In this document: positions 1 to 11,579 of the stretch, one piece after another | Layout: each line of letters opens with the position of its first letter | Numbering within the stretch: position 1 is the stretch's first letter | NCBI GenBank assembly: GCA_964016885.1 | Contig: OZ024742.1 | Span: 276,644,001-276,708,000, forward strand | From: Eledone cirrhosa | Lineage: Eukaryota | DNA: 64,000 bases | Direction: 5' to 3' | Notes under the pieces: generated by a model | Databases searched by the model: none | What the model was told of the DNA's origin: nothing | What the model saw: the letters and a program-made list of their open reading frames with translations, nothing else | Made by a program: the position numbers and the translations under genes

Positions 1-1576
1 TTACTATATTATGTTGGTGGTGATCAATTGATATATCAGAATGTCATTCACAAAGATATTATTTTAAATCTAAACACTTTAGTACAGGTGAGTTTGTATA
101 AAAAGGATGAAATTTTATATGGAATTTTTTCATCTGAAATTGCTCCATATTACCAACTATCATTATGGATGAGAGTAATTTATTCCTGTAGTCCTCTATT
201 ATAATGCATCAAATTGGCAGTCATTTAAGCTTTGTATAGGATGTCTTGTGATATTTATTCCAGCTCTTTGCATTCTAAGTTCAAATCTTGCTAGTTCACT
301 TGTTGCCTTTCATCCTTCTGTGGTCAGTTGATTTTTCTTTGTCTCTCTCAGAATTGGCTATATTGGGCCATGAGAGATCACTCACAACATCCTTTTCTTC
401 AGAAATGGTGGAAGGTTGAGTGAGAGGCTAGCAATCTTTTCTCATACATAAACTGTTATGCTACTAGAACTGTTCAAGGATAACCTAATCATCATCATCT
501 TCGTTTAACATCCATTTTCCACGCTAGCATGGGTTAGACGTAATGTAATGTGCAATACAACACAATGTAATGTAATGTGCAATACAACACAGAACAGAAA
601 TCCAGATTTCCCATATTGTCATTAGAACATATAGAGATGAAACTAATACTAAAAATGAGCTTCCAAAGATAGCTACATACAATATATATCTTCAAACTAT
701 CCTAACAGTTGCTGCATTTTTAGTTATGGCGGATTTGGTTTTAGATTTTTATGACCTTCTGTCACATAATAAAATCAGTGGATGGACATTTCAGAATAGT
801 CTTCTGTTGAATGGTCTGCTTTTACAGAGGCTGAGAGACAGACCTATTCTTTAAAATATAAACATCTTCTTTGTTGCTAAAAGAAATATCAATAATATAC
901 TTGAACTGATACATTTAACTTGACAGTTTTCCTGTCAAAATTTGGACTTTTGCCTATTCAAATTATTATTTGTAGCTATGCTATTCTTTCATATTTGAGT
1001 TGCTTTGAATTATCTACTCATACATATATGAGATCATTCATTAACATTGTGTAACCTGAGATGTCCCAAGTAGCTGGCTTAATCACTGTCTTAGTTCACT
1101 GACTCACAGCTAGTTGTTTTTCTTTGTGTTCATTTGAACTATAAACTACTAAAAATATATTTTGGAAAGGCATCATTGTTACTGTTAACCTTGAAATATT
1201 GACCTAATATCTGTGTCATAGATTTAGCTATTTTTCAGTGTCTATTGTAGTATAAACTTGGCGTTTGAGAACAGTAAATGCATGTTAAGATTCAAGTTTA
1301 TTCAAATCAAATGCACACTTGAAATAATTTATAAATGATTTGATATAATATGCAGTGGTCATTCTAGTAGTGGTAAATTCCCAATTAGTTTGCATAGGTT
1401 TAATTCCTGGTCACTTGATTTATTCCTCATATTTGTTTTTCAGTTTTAATCAATAACCTGGACTAAGGGAAATAGGCCGCCACCATTCCTATTTGGTATT
1501 AATTAACTAAAATATAATGAAGGTGGCTTAATAGTACTCTGACACCCCAATAATTGTTTATAGGAAATAAATTTTC

Positions 1577-1633
<57 letters not shown>

Positions 1634-1639
<6 letters not shown>

Positions 1640-2136
1640 CTAACCACTTTACAGAGTGTACTGGGTTTGTTTATTATGTCACTAACACTAGAGAGATTGC
1701 CATGCATTTGACACAGCTGAAGGGTACTCTTGACTGTTTTTTTCATGGTTTCTGCAGCTGGACACCCTTCTTATTAACAACTACCTTATACAGTGTACTG
1801 GGTGCATTTTCTGAGGCACCAGCACTAGAGGGGTTGACAGTCAATGGTAGGGATGATATATATGTCATCGGTGTATGACAGATGTGGTGGGGTGATGTGG
1901 GGGAAAGAATGGTTAAATGGCTATATGAGGGTGGGGTGACAAAGTGATGAAATGGAGTGGAGGGGTGGAAGTGACCCTTTGTAGAATGAGAGAGTGGTGG
2001 AAGTGACCCTTTGTAGCATGAGAGAGTGGGGTATGTTGATGGTGCAAATAGTTACTAATGATCTTTCAGGGTAGATTGGGCATCAGTCTTGCAGGAGGTT
2101 ATATTGTTCTGTTTCAGGAGGTCAGCCTCTGTTCAC

Positions 2137-2140
<4 letters not shown>
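1634..2140 (+). repeat. ~0.5-kb near-identical duplicate of 48072-48560, embedded in (CT)n
   Basis: Base-by-base match apart from about 2 substitutions and a 17-bp indel; (CT)n at 1581-1634 and 2141-2183. Confidence 0.93.
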
Positions 2141-2186
<46 letters not shown>

Positions 2187-2249
2187 ATGTTTTTTTTCCT
2201 AATTTAACTCTCTTCAATTTCTAATTTGCTTTTTTTTTCGAATTCACAG

Positions 2250-3680
2250 ATACTATTGCTTCTACAACCTCTTCTAATTCAAAAACATACACCAAGTTCA
2301 TCCCATCTTTTGAATATGAACCACAGCTAAACCACAACCAAGCATGTGGCTCTGAAAAAAACACTACTACTGTTCCCTCTGGTCACAATGGGAATGGCAG
2401 TGATTCACATGCAGTTAAACCAAAGCTTACTGACTTTCATTTCATATCCAAGGTTAGTCAACCTCAAAGCAACAAAGACTTTAGGCTAAGTCTAAATGGG
2501 GAGGTTTGTCCTTCTGAAAGAGTTGGTGACTATGATTTACTTAAAGCACAATATGAACGTGCTAAGAATGAGCTGCTCTCATTAAAAAGACAACAAGCTG
2601 AAGCCGGGAAAGATTCAGACACCTATCGTAAAAAGTATGTCTGTTTCTTAAATTTGGTGTCACAGTCTGCTGAAAATAATGATAATTTTAATGGTCAAAA
2701 CTTAGATTTTAGTGCACGGATGAAACGTCTTGAACACGAGGTCAATGAAAAGCAAGAAGCCTTAGAATTACGGAAGCAACATCAGGAACCAATTCTAGAA
2801 GTTGGTATGAATGACGTTACTGGGAAAATGTGTGATAACCCTTCTCATACCTATGATGGATTATACAAAGAATATGAAATACTACGTCAGCGTTACACAG
2901 ATTTAGTTACAAAGCACACAGCAACTCTAAATGAGCTAAAAAATATCCGTGAAGAAATAGGGCATACACAAAAAAGCTATGAAGATCTTTGTTTAGAGCG
3001 CGACAATGCTGTGAGTGAAAGGAACAGTTTACAACAACAGTGTACTACAGCAATCAGGAATTGGGATGCTTCCATACATGAAATCAGTGAACTTAAAGAC
3101 ACCTTAGATGTTTTGAATCTTCAACGTGAAAAACAGATTAAAGACTCTCAGCAAACAATAGTTATTCATCTGCAGACAAAGAAAGATCTGGAAAATGTAT
3201 CTCGTGAGCGAGATGCTGCATTGCGGGAGTATTCGATGATTATGTCTGAACGTGATATGGTGCACAAAGAAATTGAACAGCTGCAAGATAAAGTTACAGA
3301 AACAACCAAGCGAATTGAAGTTGTTGAAGATGAAAAGAAGAGTCTTGAGAATGATGTGAAAAAGCTGCAAAATCAGGCTGTGGGGGCTTTAAATGACCGA
3401 GATAAAGCCCTTAAAGATTATGCAGATCTTTTTCAAAAGTATAGTGATGTCATTACAAAACATGATGGAAACAGCAACCGTGAAGACTTTCATTCTACCT
3501 ATTCTTTACTTTCTCAAGACCATCTTGGTTATAACCACCAACAGATGGAAGAACAAAATATGTTGTTTCGAGAAAGTTTTGAAAGGATGCAAATGGAGAA
3601 AGCAGAAGAAATTGAACAGGGTGAGCGTGAGGCAAATGGATTACGCGCTCAAATTGAGAAACTGCAGCATGAATTAAATG
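2250..3680 (+). CDS. DLG5: DLG5 exon (1431 nt), N-terminal coiled-coil region
   Basis: Acceptor ttcacAG at 2249; frame open from 2250 into ORF 2654..3790; donor G|GTAAGT at 3681; phase 1-1. Confidence 0.88.
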
Positions 3681-5163
3681 GTAAGTCTAGTATTCTAATA
3701 TTGTTGTCAATGAAATTAAATGATTTTAACAAGCTATTTCCTTTTTGCAATGACTCACTGTTTAAAAAAAAAGGTGGTTACAGTTATTAGGCCACAAAAT
3801 ATATAATTTACTCCTATATTTCAAATAATCTAACCATTTCCAATATCATATATCCTCATTGGCAAATAATAAAAGATATCAATAGAATGCAATATTTATA
3901 GATTGTGTGTAAAAACATATATTAAGACCATATATAATTTGGGAGTTCCACAGGTAATCTGTGTTAGAAAGATAAAATAAAGAGTTGAAATTATTTAAAT
4001 CTCAGAAATGTTGGTTTTTACTTTTCATTTAATATTTGTACATATATTTTTCATATTCATGTAGTGTATGAGTTTTATTTTTCATTTTCTAATTTAATTA
4101 TCTGATTAAGATTTGAGCACACTGTATATAGTTTCTTTAAATTCATTGGTTAGCACCTTAACCAGTCTCAAGTTATTTGGTAACTTTTGACAATGTCTTT
4201 TGGACAAATTTCTTACCCTATAGTGGGCCAGCTGAACTCTAACAAGATTTGAGCTTCAATATATGAACTGTCCAACTTCTGTGACATATATTCAGTTAGT
4301 TTTATGTGCCAACACCCATCATTCTCCCTTTTAGTTTATTTAGTTGGGTTCCAATAATATTGAAGCTTTATTTTATTTAGTTGGTTCCAATAATATTGAA
4401 GCTTTATTTTATTGATCATGGTGGCATGAAATATTAATTTAACTTAAATAATATTTGTACTAGCAAGTACCAATGCTGGTATTCTTTCAACTCTGAGCCA
4501 ACTTAAGTGCATAAGAGAATAACTACTACCCTAACTTAACTTTTGACTCTCTTTATCAGTTTTCATAACACTTTTACAACAATTGGCCAGATAGTTTCTT
4601 TCAAATGTAACCTTTTGATTTCTTTTATATTCCTTTAGATCATTTGAACTCATTCTATTTTGTGGACTTGAACTACATATATTATTTTCAATTATTATTA
4701 TTATTACTTTTTTTTTGTTATTTGATACTCTAATTTTTTTTAGTTTCAGGGAATCTTATATGTTTTCTAAAACATATACACCCATGCACTATGTATGTTT
4801 AAGTTAGCATTTTCATAGATTTCGACCTTTACTATGAATGATTGAATATAGTGAAATTGATTTAATTTAAAGATTAATAAGTTGGGAATGTTGAATATTA
4901 TGTATATAATATCTAACCAATGCTAGCGTGGAAGATAGATGTTAAACGATGATGATGATGATTGCCTTTGACAAAGGTTCTGACATAAAAATTATTTTTT
5001 GAATGTTCATGATTAGAGACATCAACATAGTAAAATAGATATTTTATAAATGAGGAAAAAGGTGGAAAAAAAAAACTAAAATTATGAAAATGAAGACATG
5101 TTGCTTCTTTCTTTGTTGCAAGAATTCAAGTTACCACAACAAATATATAGCAATATATTTTGT

Positions 5164-5500
5164 ATCATCATCATCATTTTACGTCTGCTTTTTCCCTGCT
5201 TGCAAGGGTGGGACAGGAACTGATTCTGGCTTGATTTCTACAGCTGGGTGCCCTTCCTAACACCAACCTCATTTACAGTGTGGGCTGGGTGCTCTTTTGC
5301 CGTGGCACCTCCACGACCACTTTGCAGTGGAATGATAGGGACCCCAGTCCTATCATCTCATTTCTACAGCTGAGTAAACTGGAGCAATGTGAAATAAAGT
5401 GTTTTGCTCAAGGAAACCACATCACCCAGTCTGAGAATTGAACTCACAACCTTTTGATTGCAAGCCAAATGCTCTAACCACTAAGCTATGTGCCTCCACA
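5164..5500 (-). mobile_element. SINE family 1 copy
   Basis: Reverse complement of 40560-40897. Confidence 0.85.
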
Positions 5501-5782
5501 ATTTATCTTTTTTTTAGGCATGCGTGTGTTTGTGATAATTGAATGGACACTTTATATAAAGAAAGTTTTGATATCAAACTGCTTGAAACCATACTGGATT
5601 TATGAAACAAAACTGCTCATTTTAAGATGTTTGTACTTATATTAAAACCTCATGTCTAATTTTAAGAAATTTTCCTTAAATTATGTTCTAGATATCAGCT
5701 ATTTTATTAAATTCTTTTTTTTTTCATTATTTCAAAAATTAATGGAAACACACTGGCAATATATTTTATTAGAAATATAGTT

Positions 5783-7042
5783 TCAAAAGGCCTTAAAATT
5801 AACCTGGCTAAGACTAAAGTTCTAGTTTGTAAGAAAGAAAATAAGGCGGCGGTCCCCTCCGGGAAGTGGCCATGCTCAGAGTGTAGGAAAGGCGTAGGTA
5901 GAAACTCCATTTTGTGTCCCAAATGCAAAGTTTGGGTGCATAAAAGATGTAGTGGGATCACAGGTAAGCTAACTAAGAACATAGATTTTACATGTGGCCG
6001 GTGTTCTGGGGCAATAAGTAGCAGCAAGTGCCCCAAAAATACTAGCTCTTTCAACTGCGCAGAGGGTTCTATAGAAATAGTGGACAGCTTCCGTTACCTG
6101 GGTGACAAAATCAGCAGTGGGGGAGGGTGCTCTGAAAGTACAGTAGCTAGAGTCAGAACTGGGTGGAAAAAGTTCAGAGAGCTTATACCACTATTAGCCG
6201 CTAAAGGGTTCTCCCTAAAAATGAAAGGCAGGTTGTACGATGCCTGCATACGAACAGCAATGTTGCATGGCAGTGAGACCTGGGCATTGTGTGCAGAGGA
6301 TATACGCAGACTAGAGAGAAACGAAGCTTGCATGCTCCGCTGGATGTGTAATAGTAATATACATGAACGACAAAGCATAAACGAACTAAGGAAAAAATTA
6401 GAAATAAGAGGGATCAGATGTTGTTTACTCGAGAGAAGGCTACGTTGGTATGGTCACGTGATGCGCATGAAGGACGATAGCTGTATAACAAAGTGCAGGG
6501 CAATAAAGATAGACGGTAGCCACGGAATAGGCAGACCCAGAAAAACCTGGGACGAGCTGATAAATTCCGACCTCACACACTTACACCTCACCAAGACAAT
6601 GTCACTGGACCGAGACCTTTGGCGGTACTCAGTAATAGAGAAGACCCGCCTTACCTAAATACAAAGTAAAACCTACTACAGTCAGTAGGCATCTCTAACA
6701 AAATTACCCCCCCCCCCCCCACACACACACACCCACCCCACCCCATCCACACCGCCCCTTTCAATGTAAAGTTATGTTGGTGCCACAACATCCAGGCCGA
6801 AACAAATGAGATCGTGTAGGTGTCACGTCAAGAAAACACACAGTTCACGCTGTAATGTGGCCGTGTAGGCAACACGGTAAAAACCTCCCAGCCCCACACT
6901 GTAAATGTGGTTGGTGTTAGGAAGGGCATCCAGCCGTAGAAAACCCGCCAGATAGTCCTATGCGAGCAAGATAACCACTCTTGCCTCAAGTGGGAAAACC
7001 CTCCGTCCAAACCTATGCAAGCGTGGGACACGGACGTTAAAC

Positions 7043-7073
<31 letters not shown>
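5783..7073 (+). mobile_element. 5'-truncated RTE-clade LINE (RT thumb, PHD-like finger, C-terminus, 3'UTR, (GAT)n tail)
   Basis: Open frame 5783-6658 (GLKINLAKTK...FRYLG...MLHGSETW...RLRWYGHVMR...GRPRKTW); (GAT)n tail; TSD ATAGTT at 5777-5782 and 7074-7079. Confidence 0.9.
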
Positions 7074-7075
<2 letters not shown>

Positions 7076-7248
7076 AGTTATGAAAGGGTTAAAGCTGTTT
7101 TTTTTTTTTTTTATTATTTTGCAACTCCTACAGAAGCAATCAGTTCTTTCAGGTACTAGTACAAGGTTACTGGTTTTTGTCCAGAGAATATATTAGCTTT
7201 TTTTTCTTCTGGAAATGATAACAACTTGATTATAATAAACAAATTTAA

Positions 7249-7422
7249 CCCTTTAGCAATTACATTAATGTATGTATACTATTGTATTTTCATGATAAAG
7301 GCTTTATCTCACATTGATATTCATTTTGTGAACAATACCTTAGCATCAGTATGAGCAGCCAGTTTGTACAGAAAGAGGTGAGAGAATTCTGGCCAGCTAT
7401 GGCCGGTTTAAATGCTAACGGG
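7249..7422. mobile_element. piggyBac-type MITE (family A)
   Basis: TTAA-CCCTTTAGCA...TGCTAACGGG-TTAA; internal match to 17470-17690. Confidence 0.85.
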
Positions 7423-9493
7423 TTAAAGCTTGAGTAAGAATATAAATTATACACTACTTCATATATTGTATGTCACCATCTGTTTCATACAATGAAATTA
7501 AAATGACTGATAGAAATTAACAAATTTGATGAGGTGTTGATTGAGTACAAAGCAAAACAGAAGTAGACTCATGAAATGAACTAAATAAAAACAAGAAATA
7601 ACATAGGATAAGAGGAAAGACTGGACAAATGAGAGTCTATCAAACAGACCAACATAATTTATTATCCTACTGTAATATCTTTGATTATGAATCTCACACT
7701 TTCTCAAATAAAAACTTAGCTTAGTATTGTTTTGAATTTTTTATGACCATGAATTAAAATCTTTGTTCATAGTCTTTAGTTTGCTATAATTAGCTGCCAG
7801 CATTAAACATTATATGAAACATTGCTTCATATATGTCCTTTGCTATAGTAAGAAAAAACTATTGTTTTCTTTACCTCAAAAGCTGTATGAACTTCCTTCT
7901 TTAGCTGACATACTAGTAACAACTGCAGACCATGTCCTTAACCTTGACAGTCCACAAGATCAGAACCATCTTTTCTGTTTTATGCTTGGAATCCTGGTTA
8001 AGGAGAACTTTAAGGTTCAGAAGGTTCTCCCACCCATGCCCAAAGTCCTAACTGTGCTTAATCTGAAGCAATCTAATTATGGTAGAAATTAGTAGCCCAA
8101 GGTCCTGTATAGTAGAACCAAATCCAGAGAAATATCCATTGAATTCATATCTTGCTGTTTTATTTGATTTATGGATAATTGGTTGTGTATGCATTTTGCA
8201 ATATGCTAGGAATCAACTCTGAATGTGTTTGGATCAGCTCATGTTTTAGATTGTTAAAATGTAGATAAAACAATCATTGCCCTTCTTAATTTTACTCTTT
8301 AAATGTGAATCAATAGAGGGATATTTCTTCTCAGTATTTTACACACACACACATTTATGAATTCCTATCTATACAAACAGTACAGGTTTTAACTAAAGTT
8401 GCAAGGATGTGTATGTAAACATACATTTTTAAACCGGCCGTCAGAATTCTCTCACCTTTTTCTGGCTGCTCATACTGATGTTAAGGTAGTGTACTCAAAA
8501 TAAATAATATCAATCTCATAGATTTGATGTTATGTGAGGTAAAGCCTTTACCCTGGAAATATAATAGTAAATATAGAGTAATCATCATCATCATCATCAT
8601 TTTTACGTCCGCTCTTCCCTGCTTGCAAGGGTGGGACGGGAACTGATTCTGGCTTGATTTCTACAGCTGGTTGCCCTTCCTAACACTTTTAAATGTTTAA
8701 GATTGTAACACATGCTCATATGTTCCATTTTTAGCATTATTTCTATGGCCGAATGCCCTTCATAATTCTAACTACTTTACAGCATGTAGTAGGAGCACCG
8801 TAAAGGAGGACTAAATGTTTTTTTATTGTGGCACCAGCACTACCACTTTACAGAGTGAGCTAGGTGCATTTTATCATGGCATCAGCACTACCCCATTACA
8901 ATATTAGAGCACTATTTGTGTTATTGGCCAGGCTGGGAAGGCAGTGATAGGAGTCAGGTGTGTGGATGGAGGTGGATAAGTTAAGAGAGGTTGCTACATC
9001 TTGTTTGCTGGAGAAAGTAGGGTCACAGTGGGACAGCAAGTGCAAGGTCGTGGGGAGTAACATTGAAGACAGTGATATTTGGAGGTATATTGTGGAGTGT
9101 GTGCAAGCTTTTTATGCTAACAAGGGCTGGGCGGGTAGCGTGAAATGGAGATGTGGGGAAGAGTGCAACCATGTTTCTATGCTGGACAATGAAGGATGTG
9201 AGTGGAGGAGGCCTAAAGCATGTGGGTGGACTAGATGGTGAGAGGGAACTTAAGGTAGTGGGGGTGCGGGCAGAGATGTCAGGAGCATAATCGCAGATAG
9301 ACTACCCAGCCTCTTCATTTACTATTCTCACAATACTCATTTTATCTCACTTGTGTCAGAAAATGAGTCTTCTGTAATACTGCGTATCTTCAGTCAACTT
9401 GATCCTGTGTCATTTCCTGCACAAGGTCAGCCTAAGTTCTCTGAGGTCTAGCTTTTCCACAGGTTCCCTGAATACATTTGAGCAGAGTATAAG

Positions 9494-9634
9494 ATTTATT
9501 TTCTGAAGAAAATAGTGGCAGTGATTTTGAAGTTTCAGCATTGATAACTCTTCAAACTGCTAGCAATTAGTCTGAAGAGGCATCAACATCGGAACTTCGA
9601 TATCAATGCTACCTTTTTCTTCAGAAAAATAAAT
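9494..9634. repeat. ~140-bp imperfect palindrome
   Basis: ATTTATTTTCTGAAGAAAA... pairs with ...TTTTCTTCAGAAAAATAAAT around a short central loop. Confidence 0.85.
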
Positions 9635-10728
9635 ATATATATAATTTGGAACATATAATGAAAGAGTAATCTTTGCTCTTGCATGAAAGTATTTTACTGA
9701 AATTAACATATATATTCAGACTGCAAACAATAGTCGATATTACTTGAATACTGATATATATGTGCATAAAATTCCCTAATATGGACTGCAAAATAGTTTA
9801 AAAGAATTTAATTTATTAAGTGTTCAATAATTATATTTATTAACAAATGTTAAAATTGATTAAAAGTTTTAAGCAGTCCACTCATATGACAGTCGTTAAA
9901 ACATAAAATAAAATCCTGCTGAGATCAAGTTTGCCTTTTGTCTTTTTGGGGTCAATAAAATAAAATACCACGTCATGGCAGTGGATTGGCAGAATTGTTG
10001 GAGTGTCAGACAAGATGACTTGTGTTGTCTGTCTTGCCTTTTGTATTCTGATTTAAAATTTTGTGTAGAGACTCAAAATCCTTCTGATAACCAGAGTTAA
10101 TCACCTGCCCACAACTCAGTATGAAAATTACAATGGGTGGAGAAGGATTGTGGCCATCTGTTACTGCAATCAAGAATTATGATGATATTAATGACGGTTG
10201 TTTATGTTAATTTAACAATTAATCTGCATTTTCAATATTTACATTTTTTTGGCAGCATGAATAAAGAAACTAATTAATTCAAAATAATGATTACTTTTGC
10301 ATTCATATAGGGCTAATTTTGTATTAATCAGAGGTAATCAACTCTCTTGTAGAATTACTTTTATTTTTTCCAGCTAGTAGGCTGTGGCTAAACTGGGGCA
10401 CTACCAGAATGTTTTAAAAGTATTATTTTATTACGTATTGGTAGAGGGTCGGACACCATGCTTTGCAGCAAAGAGTTACGGCCCTTTATGGTCTGAGTTC
10501 AAATCCCGCCGAGGTTAACTTTGCCTTCATCCTTAGGGGGGTCGATAAAATAAAGTACCAGTAATACACTGGGATAATTGCTGGCCTTGTGCCAAAAGTA
10601 GAAACAATTATTTTATTACTGCTTCCTTGTTATGCACCCTTCTGTGTTTTCTTGTAGATTCACATTGTTCTAATTGTTATACACTTATGTTTCTATTGGT
10701 ATACATTAATCTCTGATTCTATCCTTAA

Positions 10729-10935
10729 ACCTTTAGCATTTACATTACTCTATATTTACAATTGTATTTTCACAGTAAAACTTTATTTCACATACTTATC
10801 TCACATATCGAATCTACGAGATTTTGATATTATTTATTTTAAGAACAATACTTTAACATAAGTATGAGCAGCCAGTTGGAACAGAAAGAGTTGAGAGAAT
10901 TCTGGCCAGATACGGCCGGTTTAAATACTAAAGGG
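10729..10935. mobile_element. piggyBac-type MITE (family A)
   Basis: TTAA flanks, slightly degenerate TIRs, same internal sequence. Confidence 0.85.
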
Positions 10936-11460
10936 TTAAATATTGCCTTCTGCTTCTCACAAAACCTATTATTTTTGCTGTTTAACATCTTCACTCTCTT
11001 GCTAATCTTACCAATGTTTTATCATGCCTTTGGCAGTAAGGCTTAATTATTAAGAAGTTTGCTTTGCAACCATGATGTTCCAGGTTCGATCTCACTGCAT
11101 GGCATCTTGGGCAAGTTTTCTTTACTATAGCCTCAGCTAGACCCAAGCCTTGGGAGTAAAATTGGTTAGACAGAAATTGTTTGGAAATGCAATTGAGGGA
11201 CTGTACCTGTAATTCAAAAGGCCAACCTTGTTTCATGCCATGTTTGTCAGATTCTCACTGAGAATTACATTAAGAGTACACGTCTGTGGAATACTCAGCT
11301 ACTAATGCTCTAATTTCATTCGTGGGCTGTTCCATTGACCGAATAATTGAAATGTCATAAGTAAGTGTTTTTGAAACAGCAAGTGACTTTGAAATTAGAA
11401 ATAGAAGCTTTCACCGTATTTTTTTGACCAAAGAAATTTTAGCCTCATCTTTTTCCATTT

Positions 11461-11579
11461 ATAATAATGAAATTATTGTGTACAGTGCTCAGGTGCACTA
11501 CAACTCATCAAAGGTGCATGTATAGTACATAGAATAATGTACAAATGTCAGGAAAATGAACAGTGTACGAGTCATGATA
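11461..11579 (-). mobile_element. CR1 3'-end fragment abutting the longer copy
   Basis: Second copy of the CR1 3' terminus (ataataatgaaattattgtgtacagtgctcaggtgcac...). Confidence 0.85.

Noticed and set aside
1-93. Possible upstream DLG5 exon ending at CAG|GTGAGT (87/88)
   Set aside because: The frame needed to join the phase-1 exon at 2250 contains a stop; the open frame is phase 0 and shows no recognisable similarity.
1558-1746. ORF with (RE)n run
   Set aside because: Translation of the (CT)n microsatellite.
4334-4412. ~37-bp tandem duplication (also a 27-bp one at ~541-591)
   Set aside because: Ordinary local slippage duplications with no sign of function.
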